Assembly: GCA_012295275.1 (NCBI GenBank)
Contig: CM022671.1
Coordinates: 32,736,001-32,800,000 of the forward strand
Reading direction: 5' to 3'
From: Chrysomallon squamiferum
Lineage: Eukaryota; Animalia; Mollusca
DNA: 64,000 nt
Every line of letters starts with the position of its first letter. Positions within the stretch are counted from its first letter, which is position 1. The translations under genes and the position numbers were made by a program. This document shows positions 18,789 through 31,113 of the stretch, in pieces. A model generated the notes under the pieces. The model was not told where the DNA came from. It ran no database searches and was given only the letters and a program-made list of their open reading frames with translations.

Positions 18789-19093
18789 GCATTTTCTAAA
18801 CAGTACCCTTTCTTCTGATCATAAAACAGTCAGTAGTGCATGGTTAGAGCAAAAAAAAAAAAAAAAAAAAAAAATGAAAAGAAACTTTACAGAAACAGGT
18901 ATTGTGAATGAGACAAAAGTATCAGACAATTACAGCATATACGAAAAGAAATAACTGTGCTCTGAAGAACCATATGTTACTGAATAAATCAGAATGATAA
19001 AGGTTCGTTACAAGCGTGGTAATTTGTGTCTTTTCAGCTTTGAAATCATTATGAATTTAATTAAATAAAGAATAGACTATTATGTCTTTCACG

Positions 19094-19158
<65 letters not shown>

Positions 19159-21580
19159 TTGGTAAGTTTCATTCATTTGTGTCCGATCTAAAGAACAAAT
19201 CAGTCATGGTAAGTGATTAACAAAAATAAAATTGTAAATTCCAGCCACAGATATAGATGAAGATATTAACTACAAGAAAATGTGTATATAGCATGGAGAT
19301 TTGTAATTAATATTAATGCTCTGGTATTCACAGAACTATAACAGTCATTCTAACAGATGGTGACACAGGCATTGTTAATCGTCCACGCATTTTACTTTTG
19401 TTTTGTAACCCGTAATCAGATCTCGATTTAGCAGTAATACATTTCTTTATATGTAGGTACAATATGTGCTGCAACAGAAGTTATTAGATCATTCTTTCTT
19501 TTTTGGACGTTTTATCATACATACATAATTGAGTGTAGATCTAATGGTGTGCTGTTTTAGGATGTATTATAACTGTTACAATATAATATTATGATTGATG
19601 TTTTCAAACCAGTGTTGAAGAACTATTCTTGATTCAAACCAGTGAGTCTATTGATGCCTCACTAACAGAATAAGCTGTAATAAAATGTTTGTATTAAAAA
19701 TGTATTGAAAGTGTTTAATGTAATGCGCTTAGAAATAGATTAGTTGAATAAATTAAATTAATTAGTCTTTACCTTTTTAAATTAAAATTAAAAACTGTAA
19801 ATCTGTCATCGATATAAACTTGTGTCGTCCGACATTTTGGTTTTGTTTCTACTTTGTCTTTTTTGAAGACAGTTTGTTCTTGATTTTACGTAAGTACGGC
19901 TATAGTGAATAACAATAGTTAAGTAAATAGTTGTGTTACAGATACAGACAAAGCACTTTACAGCGGAAATACTTACAAAATAAACAGATATCTTTAATTG
20001 TATGCAGGTACACAAAGTTCACATCTTAGTTTAAAAAAGAGATGAATGATCATTTTCTTTCAGTAATTAAATTCATCTTTCATTTTGGAAATAATAAACT
20101 TTTCACGCATCAAAAAAGGCCATCCTTGCTTGTATAATCAGAATTATATATTCTCAGATGATATGTGTTGAGGTGTTAATTATTGATTTACTGATCAGTT
20201 AATTCAATCACACACACACACACACACATATATATAAGCACATACATACATACATACATACATATACATATATATATATATATCTTTAACATGTGTGTGT
20301 GCATATATATATCTGTGTGTGTGCGTATATATACACACATATGGAAGTGTTAAAACCTACTTCAATCAAAATAAAAGTATGGCTGTATACAAGGTTCATT
20401 TTCGGGATAAATTTCATACTGAAGGTATTACATGGCTTTGGCGAGTAAAGATATTTTTTCTCTGATAATAAGGAATCATCAACAACAATATATTATCATA
20501 TTATAGTGCTTAAATCTGCTGAATGGTCCACAACATCATCTCTCCTCATTTCCCAGTAGAAATTATGTAATAAACCAGAAATAACAAGAGCAAGATTTAC
20601 TTTATTTTGAACGTGAAACACGTTGATAAAAGTTTGAAATATACTTAAAGAATAATAATATTGCCAATAGTGTTGGATTTGCTTTTGTAAGTCATTCAAA
20701 TTGTTTAACTAACTGAAAATTAACACCAGTTAATGTATGCAGCATGAAATAAGTTATCATTTTTAGAAGAAAAAAAAAAGATCAGAAATAAAGTGGATTT
20801 ATATTACATCAACGACAGAAGAAGAACAATATATATATATATATATATTTTTTTTAATAGTGAAATTTAAGTTTTGTATTTTGTTTTTTTACGAAAGGTT
20901 GCAAAGTTGCAATTTATAATCCTAGTCTTAAATTAGCTCAGAAATGTTAAATGAAGTCATCTAAAATTTTCCAAATCGAACTAAATTAAAAAAAAAAAAA
21001 AAAAAAATAATCAGGTAACCAGAATCCACTGTGAACTGTCTAAGCAGTATAAATTCGATAAATAAATAAATAAATAAACAAAGACATGAAACAAACAGAA
21101 ACAGTTTTATTATTTTCCTTTTCTTAATATATATCTTTGTGGAATTCAGGGCTTTTGGCCAAAATTTAATTACAATAGTCATTTCACTTTGCTTCGCTCG
21201 ACAATTTCTTTTCTTTTTCTTTTTGTCAAAACTGTAAACCGATCTCATCTGCATAGGTTTTTATTTTTGATATTGTTTTGGTAATGGATCACTTAAATAT
21301 TTATATTACTTTTAGAACGTGTGCAACGTTATAATATTGAAAATGCAAGGGCGACAACTCCGTTCGTCATACGGAAAAGAGAGTTCACAATAAACTATAG
21401 TGATGCATTACCATTCACAATAACAACAACAACAACAATAACAACAGCAATAATAATAACAATAATAAACTGTACATTGATTAATTTGATTCTGAATAAC
21501 GTGTGTGTGTGTGTGTGTCTGTGTGTATGTTAGTTTATATATGTAGATTAAATTATTTGATTTCAACACAAATATACGTT

Positions 21581-21640
<60 letters not shown>

Positions 21641-22329
21641 TAGTATTAGTATTAGTAGTACTATTATGTTACCTTTCGTTTCTGGTAGGAGATGAAAATA
21701 AAAATGCATCGTAGTCAGATGGGACATTTATTTATAATAATATAAATATTTATTTTTAAAAGTACTGTAATTATTATTAAATGTTGTTTTTTTTTATTAG
21801 TAAATTTTAAGTAGAGGAAATGATTTTATTTTATTATTAAATGCACGTTTTTGAAAAATTCTAAATATTGTCAGGTGTTTCATTTTTTCTTATTTATGTA
21901 TTATTTATTTATTTTCAACGGGAGTGTAAATAAAAATATTTCTGTATCATAATACTAATTTTTCTCGAACATGACACATAATACAGATTATTCCCAAATG
22001 TTTGCTTAATTTTTGTTACATTGTGTAACTGAAAAAAAATATTTTAGTTGATAAAAATAGATATTCATTACACCTGTCTTTATTTTAATAAGTTACTGAT
22101 TCCTTTTGTACATGATCAGTGCACCTAGGCTTAGTATGGCTATGAAACTGATCATGTTACGATAAAAAATATAAGATGAAATGACTTTTAAAAGCAATTA
22201 AAACAAAATTATTTTAAAAATTTTAACGATAGGAGTTGACCCCAGTAGATTATCAACATTCTGGTTTTCATGACCTTCAACGCTTCAGTGATGAAATATG
22301 GATATTTTATAAGACTGCTAATCGCATTA

Positions 22330-22510
22330 GATGATGATTCTGTGCTGCCGATTTGGCTATGACGCACTCAGAATTGTTCATCCACTCTGAGGGGAATGTT
22401 TGGTTAAACATTTTGTGGGATACTGTTGGTGTGATCCACTTTGAGCTGCTAAACATTAAAGACGTGTCGTTATCAGACACAAAGGGTTTGCGTTTCACGA
22501 GAATAATGTA
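22330..22510 (+). mobile_element. Mariner-like transposase relic (also at ~51110-51245 and ~62700-62870)
   Basis: LWDTVGVIHFELL resembles the mariner/SETMAR (V/W)WD..G(V/I)(I/V)(H/Y).ELL motif; co-duplicated with array units. Confidence 0.6.
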
Positions 22511-23017
22511 CGGACCGATATTTACATCTACAAAGGCTGGTAGAACTTCCTGGTTCTTGTTATTCTGCAGAACTTGTCTCAACTGATTAAGATCTATTCA
22601 GAACTTTGCACCAAATTCTAAAACAGCATAAGACATTGTAAGAGATCAAAACTAAATCGTGTTTTGGCAAAGCCGAATTTTAAAAACGACATAGCCCAAA
22701 TTCAAACATCTTATTACCGAGTTTGAAATGGTCAAGAACATTTTGATATATATCATTTCTTTATAATTAAGCATTATCGATCATCTTAGTAGAAAAAAGA
22801 AAGAAAAACACTTTTTGAATTGCTGAACTTAGTATTACACTTTTCATTTGTGAAATTAAAACGAAGAAAATAAAAAAGAACAGTATGAAGCAGTTTGAGA
22901 TCTTTATTTACGTTTCAAAGTGATATTTGTCTTTATTTCCTGTAGAAGTATCTATGCAGCTGTTTTCTCTATGGTTAGTGTACCGGAACACTAAAACATA
23001 CTTTATCATTTTTTTCA

Positions 23018-24080
23018 TCAGTGGTGATAATTTCTGTAAATAAATGGAATGATGAGTATTTAATTATTTTATTAAATCCTTGTTATAATTAAACACAAAC
23101 AATGTCCAAGACTTTCTCTCTGTTACTCAGTTGTCTCTGTGTATCCATCATTCCTATCTATCTACTTTCTTACTATTTACATTCTATTTTTGTCAGTATC
23201 GCCACCTCTCTCCATGTCTCTAAGTCAGGCTGCAATAGTGGGATGACAATGAAATATTAAATGTGTATTTATTACATTTGACGTATTTAATAATTATAAC
23301 ATGTATTGCAACGTTCATAACATAAATAAATGCTCAGAAACAAAACAATAAAAGAAATGAAGGCAACAATATTAGTAAAATAATTTTAAGACATCAGAGA
23401 AGAAAAACAAGATTAAGAAAAAAGGAAAAAAATAACTTACTTCTTGTGGAATCTACGCCAGTCGTCATCTCTATCATGATGATTGTCTTCGATCAATACG
23501 TCCCGGTCTTCTCCTAAATGGGCGGCCACGTTTCTCTCTGTAGTAATCTTAAAGTAATATAAATTTAAATGGGTCAATTCAGAGACAAACAAATTACATA
23601 TGACTAAATAAATAAATAAATAAATATACTTCTATAGATACATACATATTCATTAATGTATGCAGACACACACATACATAAGTACATACATACAATCAAA
23701 CGGATACACAAACATAGATACATACAAACATACACACATATAGATGTACACACACATATATATATATAGTTACGTACAATAAACCTATCATATTTTTATA
23801 ACTACTTTCATATGAACAAATGGTACTATTTTACTATTGTGGTACCATCATCGTGTCTTTTTTGATCTTCTGAACGCGTTTCCCTATCTATAATTTCATT
23901 TTCTACTTCATCTTCGTCACCATCCTCTCCAGCATCACGTTTCTCAAAGACTTTGTCATCATCGTCAACACCAGCAGGGTACGCGTATTTCTCAGTTAGG
24001 GACCGTTCGCTATCGTCTTCCTTAGCGTTAGTGAAAACAACAGCTACAGTTAACACAACCACGAGGAACAGTAGCTTCAT
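23018..24080 (-). CDS. Array copy C, His/Asp-rich subfamily; exon 3 is frame-ambiguous
   Basis: Exons 24080-23846, 23547-23441 (107 nt) and 23033-23018. The paralogous acceptor gives RETR|SEDQKRHDDDYYREKRGRPFRRRPGRIDRRQSS* with an early stop. A CAG 10 nt downstream gives ..ERNVAAHLGEDRDVLIEDNHHDRDDDWRRFHKKNYHH*. Confidence 0.7.
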
Positions 24081-24223
24081 TTTCAGCTTTCTGGCTAAAA
24101 AATGCTGAGTGTGGTAGACAAATGTTCAAATAAATAAATAAATAAAAAAAAAAAAAAAAAAAACGGACATCTGGGCTAGAGTATTTCGAGGTCAATTAAA
24201 TACCGTGATAATAATCATAATAA

Positions 24224-24274
<51 letters not shown>

Positions 24275-24521
24275 AGCTACTGCTGCTGCTGCTACTACTA
24301 GTACTACTACTAAAAATAATAATACGAAGAAGAAGAAGAAGGAGGTTCACGAAGTAACGGTACAGTTTTCTAATAGTATCGCAACGGACAATACATCAAA
24401 TCAACATGTAAAAAACAGTGTAAACTAAAACAAAAACACTATCAGAACACCACTCTCCTGTGAAAGAAAGAAATGAAAACAGATGTAAAGCTGCGAGACG
24501 CAGAATAAAAACCACACTTAC

Positions 24522-24596
24522 TTTATCACGACAATGTCGTTCTGGGATGTGGATGTGGAATTTCTAGCATAGAATGTAGAGATGATTAACTTTATA
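24522..24596 (-). promoter_or_regulatory. TATA box and non-coding exon 1 of copy C (equivalent TATA boxes at 28575-80, 31424-29, 35577-82, 40737-42, 46339-44, 56930-35)
   Basis: Conserved (g/a)acTATAAA followed by a short exon ending in a GTAAGT donor, upstream of each of copies C-I. Confidence 0.75.
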
Positions 24597-25689
24597 GTCT
24601 TACACTACAATACGAAATTTCTATTACAGTTGAAGAATTAATCGACCAAAACAGCTAGATGAAAGCATATCATGCTCCAAACTAAATAGTAAATGATTGC
24701 TTTTATCGAAATATAAAATTGTACACAAAAGATGGTTAAAAACATTGTTTTCAGAAATAAAGTATTCTGTTTTTCACATAATTAATATGTTTGTCTCTCT
24801 GAAGCTAAACTGATAGCACCACAGATGGCAATGAGATCATTCCTTTTCTAAATTTCTACTGAAAGCTTTTTGTTGCAAATAATGAATAGATTTTGAAATG
24901 GTAGTAAAAAATCGAATCTATGTTGTTACTGATTTATTTTCATTTTCATACTATTAATTACTTCATAATGATCTGTAATTAAAAATTATAACAGCCGACT
25001 GGACAGAATATATATATATATATAATTTTTTAAAAACAAACTTAAATCCTTAATGATTCATCTCTATTTCACCATGTATATAAAACATGTTTTCCGAACA
25101 TTGGGCTGTAAACGCTTTTACAATTCATTAAAGATGTATAGATTTATAATAATCATAAGAAATAGAACTCATTAGCATCTGTTTCTATAGGTTACTAAAT
25201 ACATTTAAAAAGCATTTTCGCCTGAATGGTTCTTTAAATTTGTACATTAAATACTCGACATCGAATACTGAAATGTAAGCCAGAATCGGCTACCAGCTAA
25301 TTCATACCTACGCCCAAGCATCACGATGCAAAGACTCTTTTGTGAGAGAAAAATAAAACAGATACTGAATAAATGATAGACGAATTCTGAACTGCAATAT
25401 TCGTTGTTTCTTCAACTTTGATATTTATTTATTTGTTTATTTTAGTTGTAAACTGTTTTATTTGTTTATGTTAGAAACCTAGATCTTTGAACATTGACCA
25501 AAACCTGTTTCCCTCTTCACATTTATTCCTTGTACTTCTTTTCACGTCTTCCTTCTATTTCATTGTTATTTCCCTTGACCAAACACTTTCTACTATATAC
25601 TTAACCAAAAAGTTTAGCAAATTTTGTAAATGACTGTTGCTTCGAAACAAATTAAAATAGGAGTGATAAAATTTGGTAATATGTTAGTT

Positions 25690-25950
25690 GCATATGCTAT
25701 TTGTCATATCGCACGCCGCTATGTCTACTGCACGTGCAAACGCGGTGCGCTCGTGCTGTCCGCAGAAGCAACGGGACGGCTTAACGCCGGCCAACACGTA
25801 CAAGATATCGATCAATACTTTAGTGTTCGTGTCAGCACCATATCAAGATTCCGTTAACGGGTACACCAAACTGGGCAAGTGCAAGATCGACCATGTTCTT
25901 CCAAGGGAAGATAGGCATCTAGTGACGTCATCTCGGATTAATTGGATAGC
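25690..25950 (+). mobile_element. Tc1-like N-terminal transposase relic, co-duplicated (also ~32560-32935 and ~36745-37120)
   Basis: Frameshifted ..GRLNAGQHVQDIxQYFSVRVSTISRFR..PREDRHLVTSS resembles the Tc1 HTH region and sits at the same position in three duplicated units. Confidence 0.7.
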
Positions 25951-26969
25951 ACAATATCTCATCTCTTTATATTTGGCTTGATGGACGCAACTCAAGTAAA
26001 TAAGAATGTATTGTCTTGGAGAAGATAGGGTTTCTTTAATAATACGATGAGACTGAAAGAATAAAATTCTTGTCAAGTAAAATCAGAAAAGATTATCAGT
26101 GGATAGAATTACTAAATTAAAAATCCTGAATTAAAGTGAGGAGAAAATTGAATAAAATGCCTTCTACTGAGAGGAAACAGACAATTACTTGTCTAAGACT
26201 GTATTTTGTAATGAAGGGGAAAATATGTCCAGTCATACTATGAGCATGTCTCTCAAATAATTTGATATTTCCGATAGGTTTGTGGAAGAAAGTTCAGTGT
26301 CAAAGAAGAATACTGCAGATGGAAAGAAATGTACTGACGTCAAGGTCAAGGACCCTTATATTTTGATGATTAACGGAATGAAATGAATTATAGATTATCG
26401 AGGAAACTGTAATGGTTATTAATTTTTATTTATTATTTTATTTGTTTTATTAAACTTTAAGGACTGTAAATTATTTAATTTGATTACTAAATGTACATTT
26501 TTGAAAAATTTGCAACAAGTAAGTATTAATAACAATGAAACCGTTATTATCTGATTAAATCAAATGATACACATAATTTGAGAAGCAACAGCCTTTTGGC
26601 AAGGCGTTTCGAATTTTAGAAATGTCAAAATTCAACGGTTACATTCATTAAATGTTATTATCTAGTTAAAAAAGGTCAAGAACATCTTATTTCTATGTCT
26701 TTTCCTTAGTATTAAGCATTATCGATCATCTTAGTAGGAAAAAACAAGAAAACAAAATTAAACTATTTGATTTGCTCAACTTTGTCTTACATTTTTCATC
26801 AATGAAATTAAAACGAGGGAATAACAATACAACAGTATGAAGCAGTTTCAGATATTTATTTACGTTTCAAAGTGATACTTGTCTTTATGACTTGTAGAAG
26901 TATCTATGCAGTTGTTTTCTCTATGGTTAGTGTACCGGAACACTAAAACATACTTTATCCTTTTCTTCA

Positions 26970-27664
26970 TCAGTGGTGATAATTTCTGAAAATAAATGGA
27001 ATGATGACTGTTTAATTATTTTTAAAATCCTTGTTATAATTAAACACAAACAATATCCAAGACTTACTCTCTGTTACTCAGTTGTCTGTGTGTATCTATC
27101 ATTCCTATCTATCTACTTTCTTACTATCTAGTTTGTATGTTTGTCAATATCGTCACCTGTCTCCATACCTGTAATTTAGGCTGCAATAATGAGATGACAG
27201 TGGAGTACTAAATATCTGTATTTATAACGTAGACATTATATTTGAGTATTTAATAATTATAACATGTATTGGAACGTTGATAACATAAATAAATGCTCAG
27301 AAACAAAACAATAAAAGAAATGAAGGCAACAATATTAGTAAAATAATTTTAAAACATAACCGAAGAAAGAAAAATTAAGAAAAAAGGAAAGAAAAATAAC
27401 TTACTTCTTGTGGAATCTACGCCAGTCGTCATCTTTGTCATGATAATAGTCACGATCGCCATGTCTTCGATCATCATGTCCATGTTCCCTTCTGTAGTAA
27501 TCTTAAAGTAATATAAATTTAAATGGGTCAATTCAGAGACAAACACATTACATATGACTAAATAAATAAATAAATATATTTTTATAGATACATATATATT
27601 CATTAATGCATGCAGACACACACGCACACACACATACATATACATGTACAAACATACATAAGTG

Positions 27665-27746
<82 letters not shown>

Positions 27747-28050
27747 GTTACATACAATAAACCTATCATATTTTTATAACTACTTTCATATGAACAAATG
27801 GTACTATTTTACTATTGTGGTACCATCATCGTGTCTGTTGTGATCTTCTGAACGCGTTTCCCTGTCTATAATTTCATTTTCTACTTCATCTTCGTCACCA
27901 TCCTCTCCAGCATCACGTTTCTCAGTGACTTTTCGTCATCATCCATCAACATCGTCTTTCTCAGTTATAGACCGTCTTTCTATCGTCTTCCTTAGCGTTA
28001 GTGAAAACAACAGCTACAGTTAACACAACCACGAGGAACAGTAGCTTCAT
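26970..28050 (-). pseudogene. Array copy D, His/Asp-rich subfamily; exon 2 frameshifted as assembled
   Basis: Exon 2 (28050-27824, 227 nt) reads ..NAKEDDRKTVYN*. Exon 3 (27501-27405) is intact, DYYRREHGHDDRRHGDRDYYHDKDDDWRRFHKK, and exon 4 (26985-26970) reads NYHH*. The frameshift may be an assembly error. Confidence 0.65.
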
Positions 28051-30305
28051 TTTCAGCTTTCTGGATAAAAAATACTGAGTGTGGTAGACAAATGTTCAAA
28101 TAAATAAATAAATAAATAAATATACAGCCTCTTCATTAGAATACACACATAAAACAAAATAAAAATATACACATAAACAGATATCAAGGCTAGAGTAGTT
28201 GGTGGTCAATTAAATATCGTGATAATAATCATAACAACACTACTACTACTACTACTACTACAGCTGATGCTGCTGCTACTACTACTACTACTACTAAAAA
28301 TAATAATACGAAGAAGAAGAACAAGGAGGTTGACAAAGTAACGGTACAGTTTTCTAATAGTATCGCAACGGACAATACATCAAATCAACATGTAAAAAAA
28401 CAGTGTAAACTAAAAGAAAAACACTATCAGAACACCACTCTCCTGTGGAAGAAAGAAATGAAAACAGATGTAAGCTGCGAGACGCAGAATAAAAACCACA
28501 CTTACTTTATCACGACAATGTCGTTCTGGGATCTGGATGTGGAATTTCTAGCATAGAATGTAGAGATGATTAACTTTATAGTCTTACACTACAATACGAA
28601 ATTTCTATTACAGTTGAAGAATTAATCGACCAAAACAGCTATTTCATATAATGCTATCATGCTTATCACGCTCCAAACTAAATAGTAAATTACATTTATC
28701 GAAATATAAAATTGTACACAAAAAATGGTTAAAAGCATTGTTTTCGGAAATAAAGTATTCTGTTTTTCACATAATTATTATATTATGTTCGTCTCTCTGA
28801 AGCTAAACTGATAGCACCACAGACGGCAATGAGATCATTTCTAAATTTCTACATTGAAAGTTTTTGTTGCAAATAATGAATTTATTTTTGAAATAGCAGT
28901 TTTTACTGATTTAGTTTCATTTTCATAATTAATTCTTCATAAAAAAATCATAACATCTCTCCAAACAGAAATAATATATATAAATGAAATATATTTTATC
29001 GAAATCCTTAATGATTCAAAACCATGTATATAAAAATTTTTTGGAAATTTGTATATGCATTTTCGAACATTGGGCTGTAAACGCTTTTACAATTCATTTT
29101 TTTAAAAAAATAGAACATTTTCGCTTGATTATGCATCTGTTTCTATAGGTTACTAAATACATTTGAAAAGCATTTTCGCCTGAATGGTTCTTTAAATTTG
29201 TACATTAAATACTGACATCGAATACTTAAGCCAGAATTTTTTCGCCCAAACATCACGATGCAAAGACTCTTTTGTGAGACGAAAACAGATTCTGAAAAAT
29301 GATAGACGAATTCTGAACTGCAAATTCGTTGTTTCTTCAACTTTTAGCAGGCTGTAACGTTCTGAAAAAACCTAAATCACAGCAGCCATTGGATGATACG
29401 AGAAAGTTAGTAGATGTGATTTCAGGAATGTGGAATATGTTTCTCGCTCATGAACATAGTACAGATTACTGCGAAATGTTTGCTTAATTTTTGATGCACT
29501 GTCCAATGTGAAAACAAATTTTAATTGATCAATATACATACTCGTTGTATCTGTATTTTAATGAATTACTGACCATTTTGTACGTAATTACTCCATTTAG
29601 GCTCAATATTCTATAAAATGTATCAAATTACACAAAAAGTAATAATTGGAATGACTTTTAAAAGCAATTATATCATTCACAAGGTTTATTTCTCTAAATG
29701 TTTCACGTTCAAAATACTCTAAATATTTCTTAATCAAAAATTTATTAAAAGTAGTTCAGTATTTTTGAAAATGTATTATTATTATTATTATTATTATCAT
29801 TATTATTATTATAGTTGTCGCTCTAGTTTCCATTGCTACTGACAACAATAACAATAATAATTGTCTAGTTGGAGAAAGTCAAGAACATCTTGTTTCTATG
29901 TCTTTTCCTTAGAATTAATCACTATCGATCATCTTAGTAGAAAAAAACAACAACAAAAAAAACTGTTGGATTTGCTCAACTTTGTATTACATTTTTCATC
30001 AATGAAATTGAAACGAGGGAATAACAATAGAACAGTATGAAGCAGTTTCAGATATTTATTTACGTTTCAAAGTGGTACTTGTCTTTATGACTTGTAGAAG
30101 CATCTATGGAGTTGTTTTATCTATGGTTAGTGTACTGCAATAATGAGATGAGAACGAAGTACTAAATATGTGTATTTATAACGTAGAAATTATTTTGAAG
30201 TATGTAATAATTATAACATGTATTGAACTTTCATAACATAAATGGAGTTGTTTTATCTATGGTTAGTGTACCGGAACACTAAAACATACTTTATCCTTGT
30301 CTTCA

Positions 30306-30870
30306 TCAGTGGTGAAATCCTCGGGGGCCACGCTTCTCTCTGTAGTAATCTTAAAGTAATATAAATTTAAATGGGTCAGTTCAGAGACAAACACATTACA
30401 TATGACTAAATAAATAAATAAATAAATATAATTTTATAGATACATACATATTCATTAATGTATGCAGACACACACATACATAAGTACATACATACAATCA
30501 AACGGATACATAAACATGGATACATACAAACATACATACATATAGATGAACATATATATATATATATACATAAAATAAACATATCATATTTTTATAACTA
30601 CTTTCATATGAACGAATGGTACTATTTTACTATCGTGGTACCATCATCATCTCTTTTGTGAACTTCTGAACGCGTTTCCCTGTCTATAATTTCATTTTCT
30701 ACTTCATCTTCGTCACCATCCTCTCCAGCATCACGTTTGTCTGTGACTTTGCCAGGATCAATTGCATGGACCAAGTCTTTCTCAGTTAGGGTCCGTTCGC
30801 TATCGTCTTCCTTAGCGTTAGTGAAAACAACAGCTACAGTTAACACCACCACGAGGAACAGTAGCTTCAT
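30306..30870 (-). CDS. Array copy E (90 aa), exons 3 and 4 fused by an in-frame deletion
   Basis: Exons 30870-30642 and 30349-30306. Mature part: RETR|SEVHKRDDDDYYREKRGPRGFHH*. Confidence 0.82.
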
Positions 30871-31062
30871 GTTCAGCTTTCTGTCTAAAAAATACTGAGT
30901 GTGGTAGACAAATGTTCAAATAACAAAAATAAGTAAATAAATAAATATACAGGCTCTTTGTTAGAATACACACATAAAACAATATAAAAATATACACATA
31001 AACAGATATCTAGGCTAGAGTAGTTCATGGTCAATTAAATATCGTGATAATAATCATAATAA

Positions 31063-31113
<51 letters not shown>

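Noticed and set aside
24563-24574. NF-kB-like GGAATTTC near the start of exon 1 in copies C-I
   Set aside because: It lacks the full GGGRNNYYCC consensus, and its recurrence is explained by duplication, so it is not evidence of immune induction.
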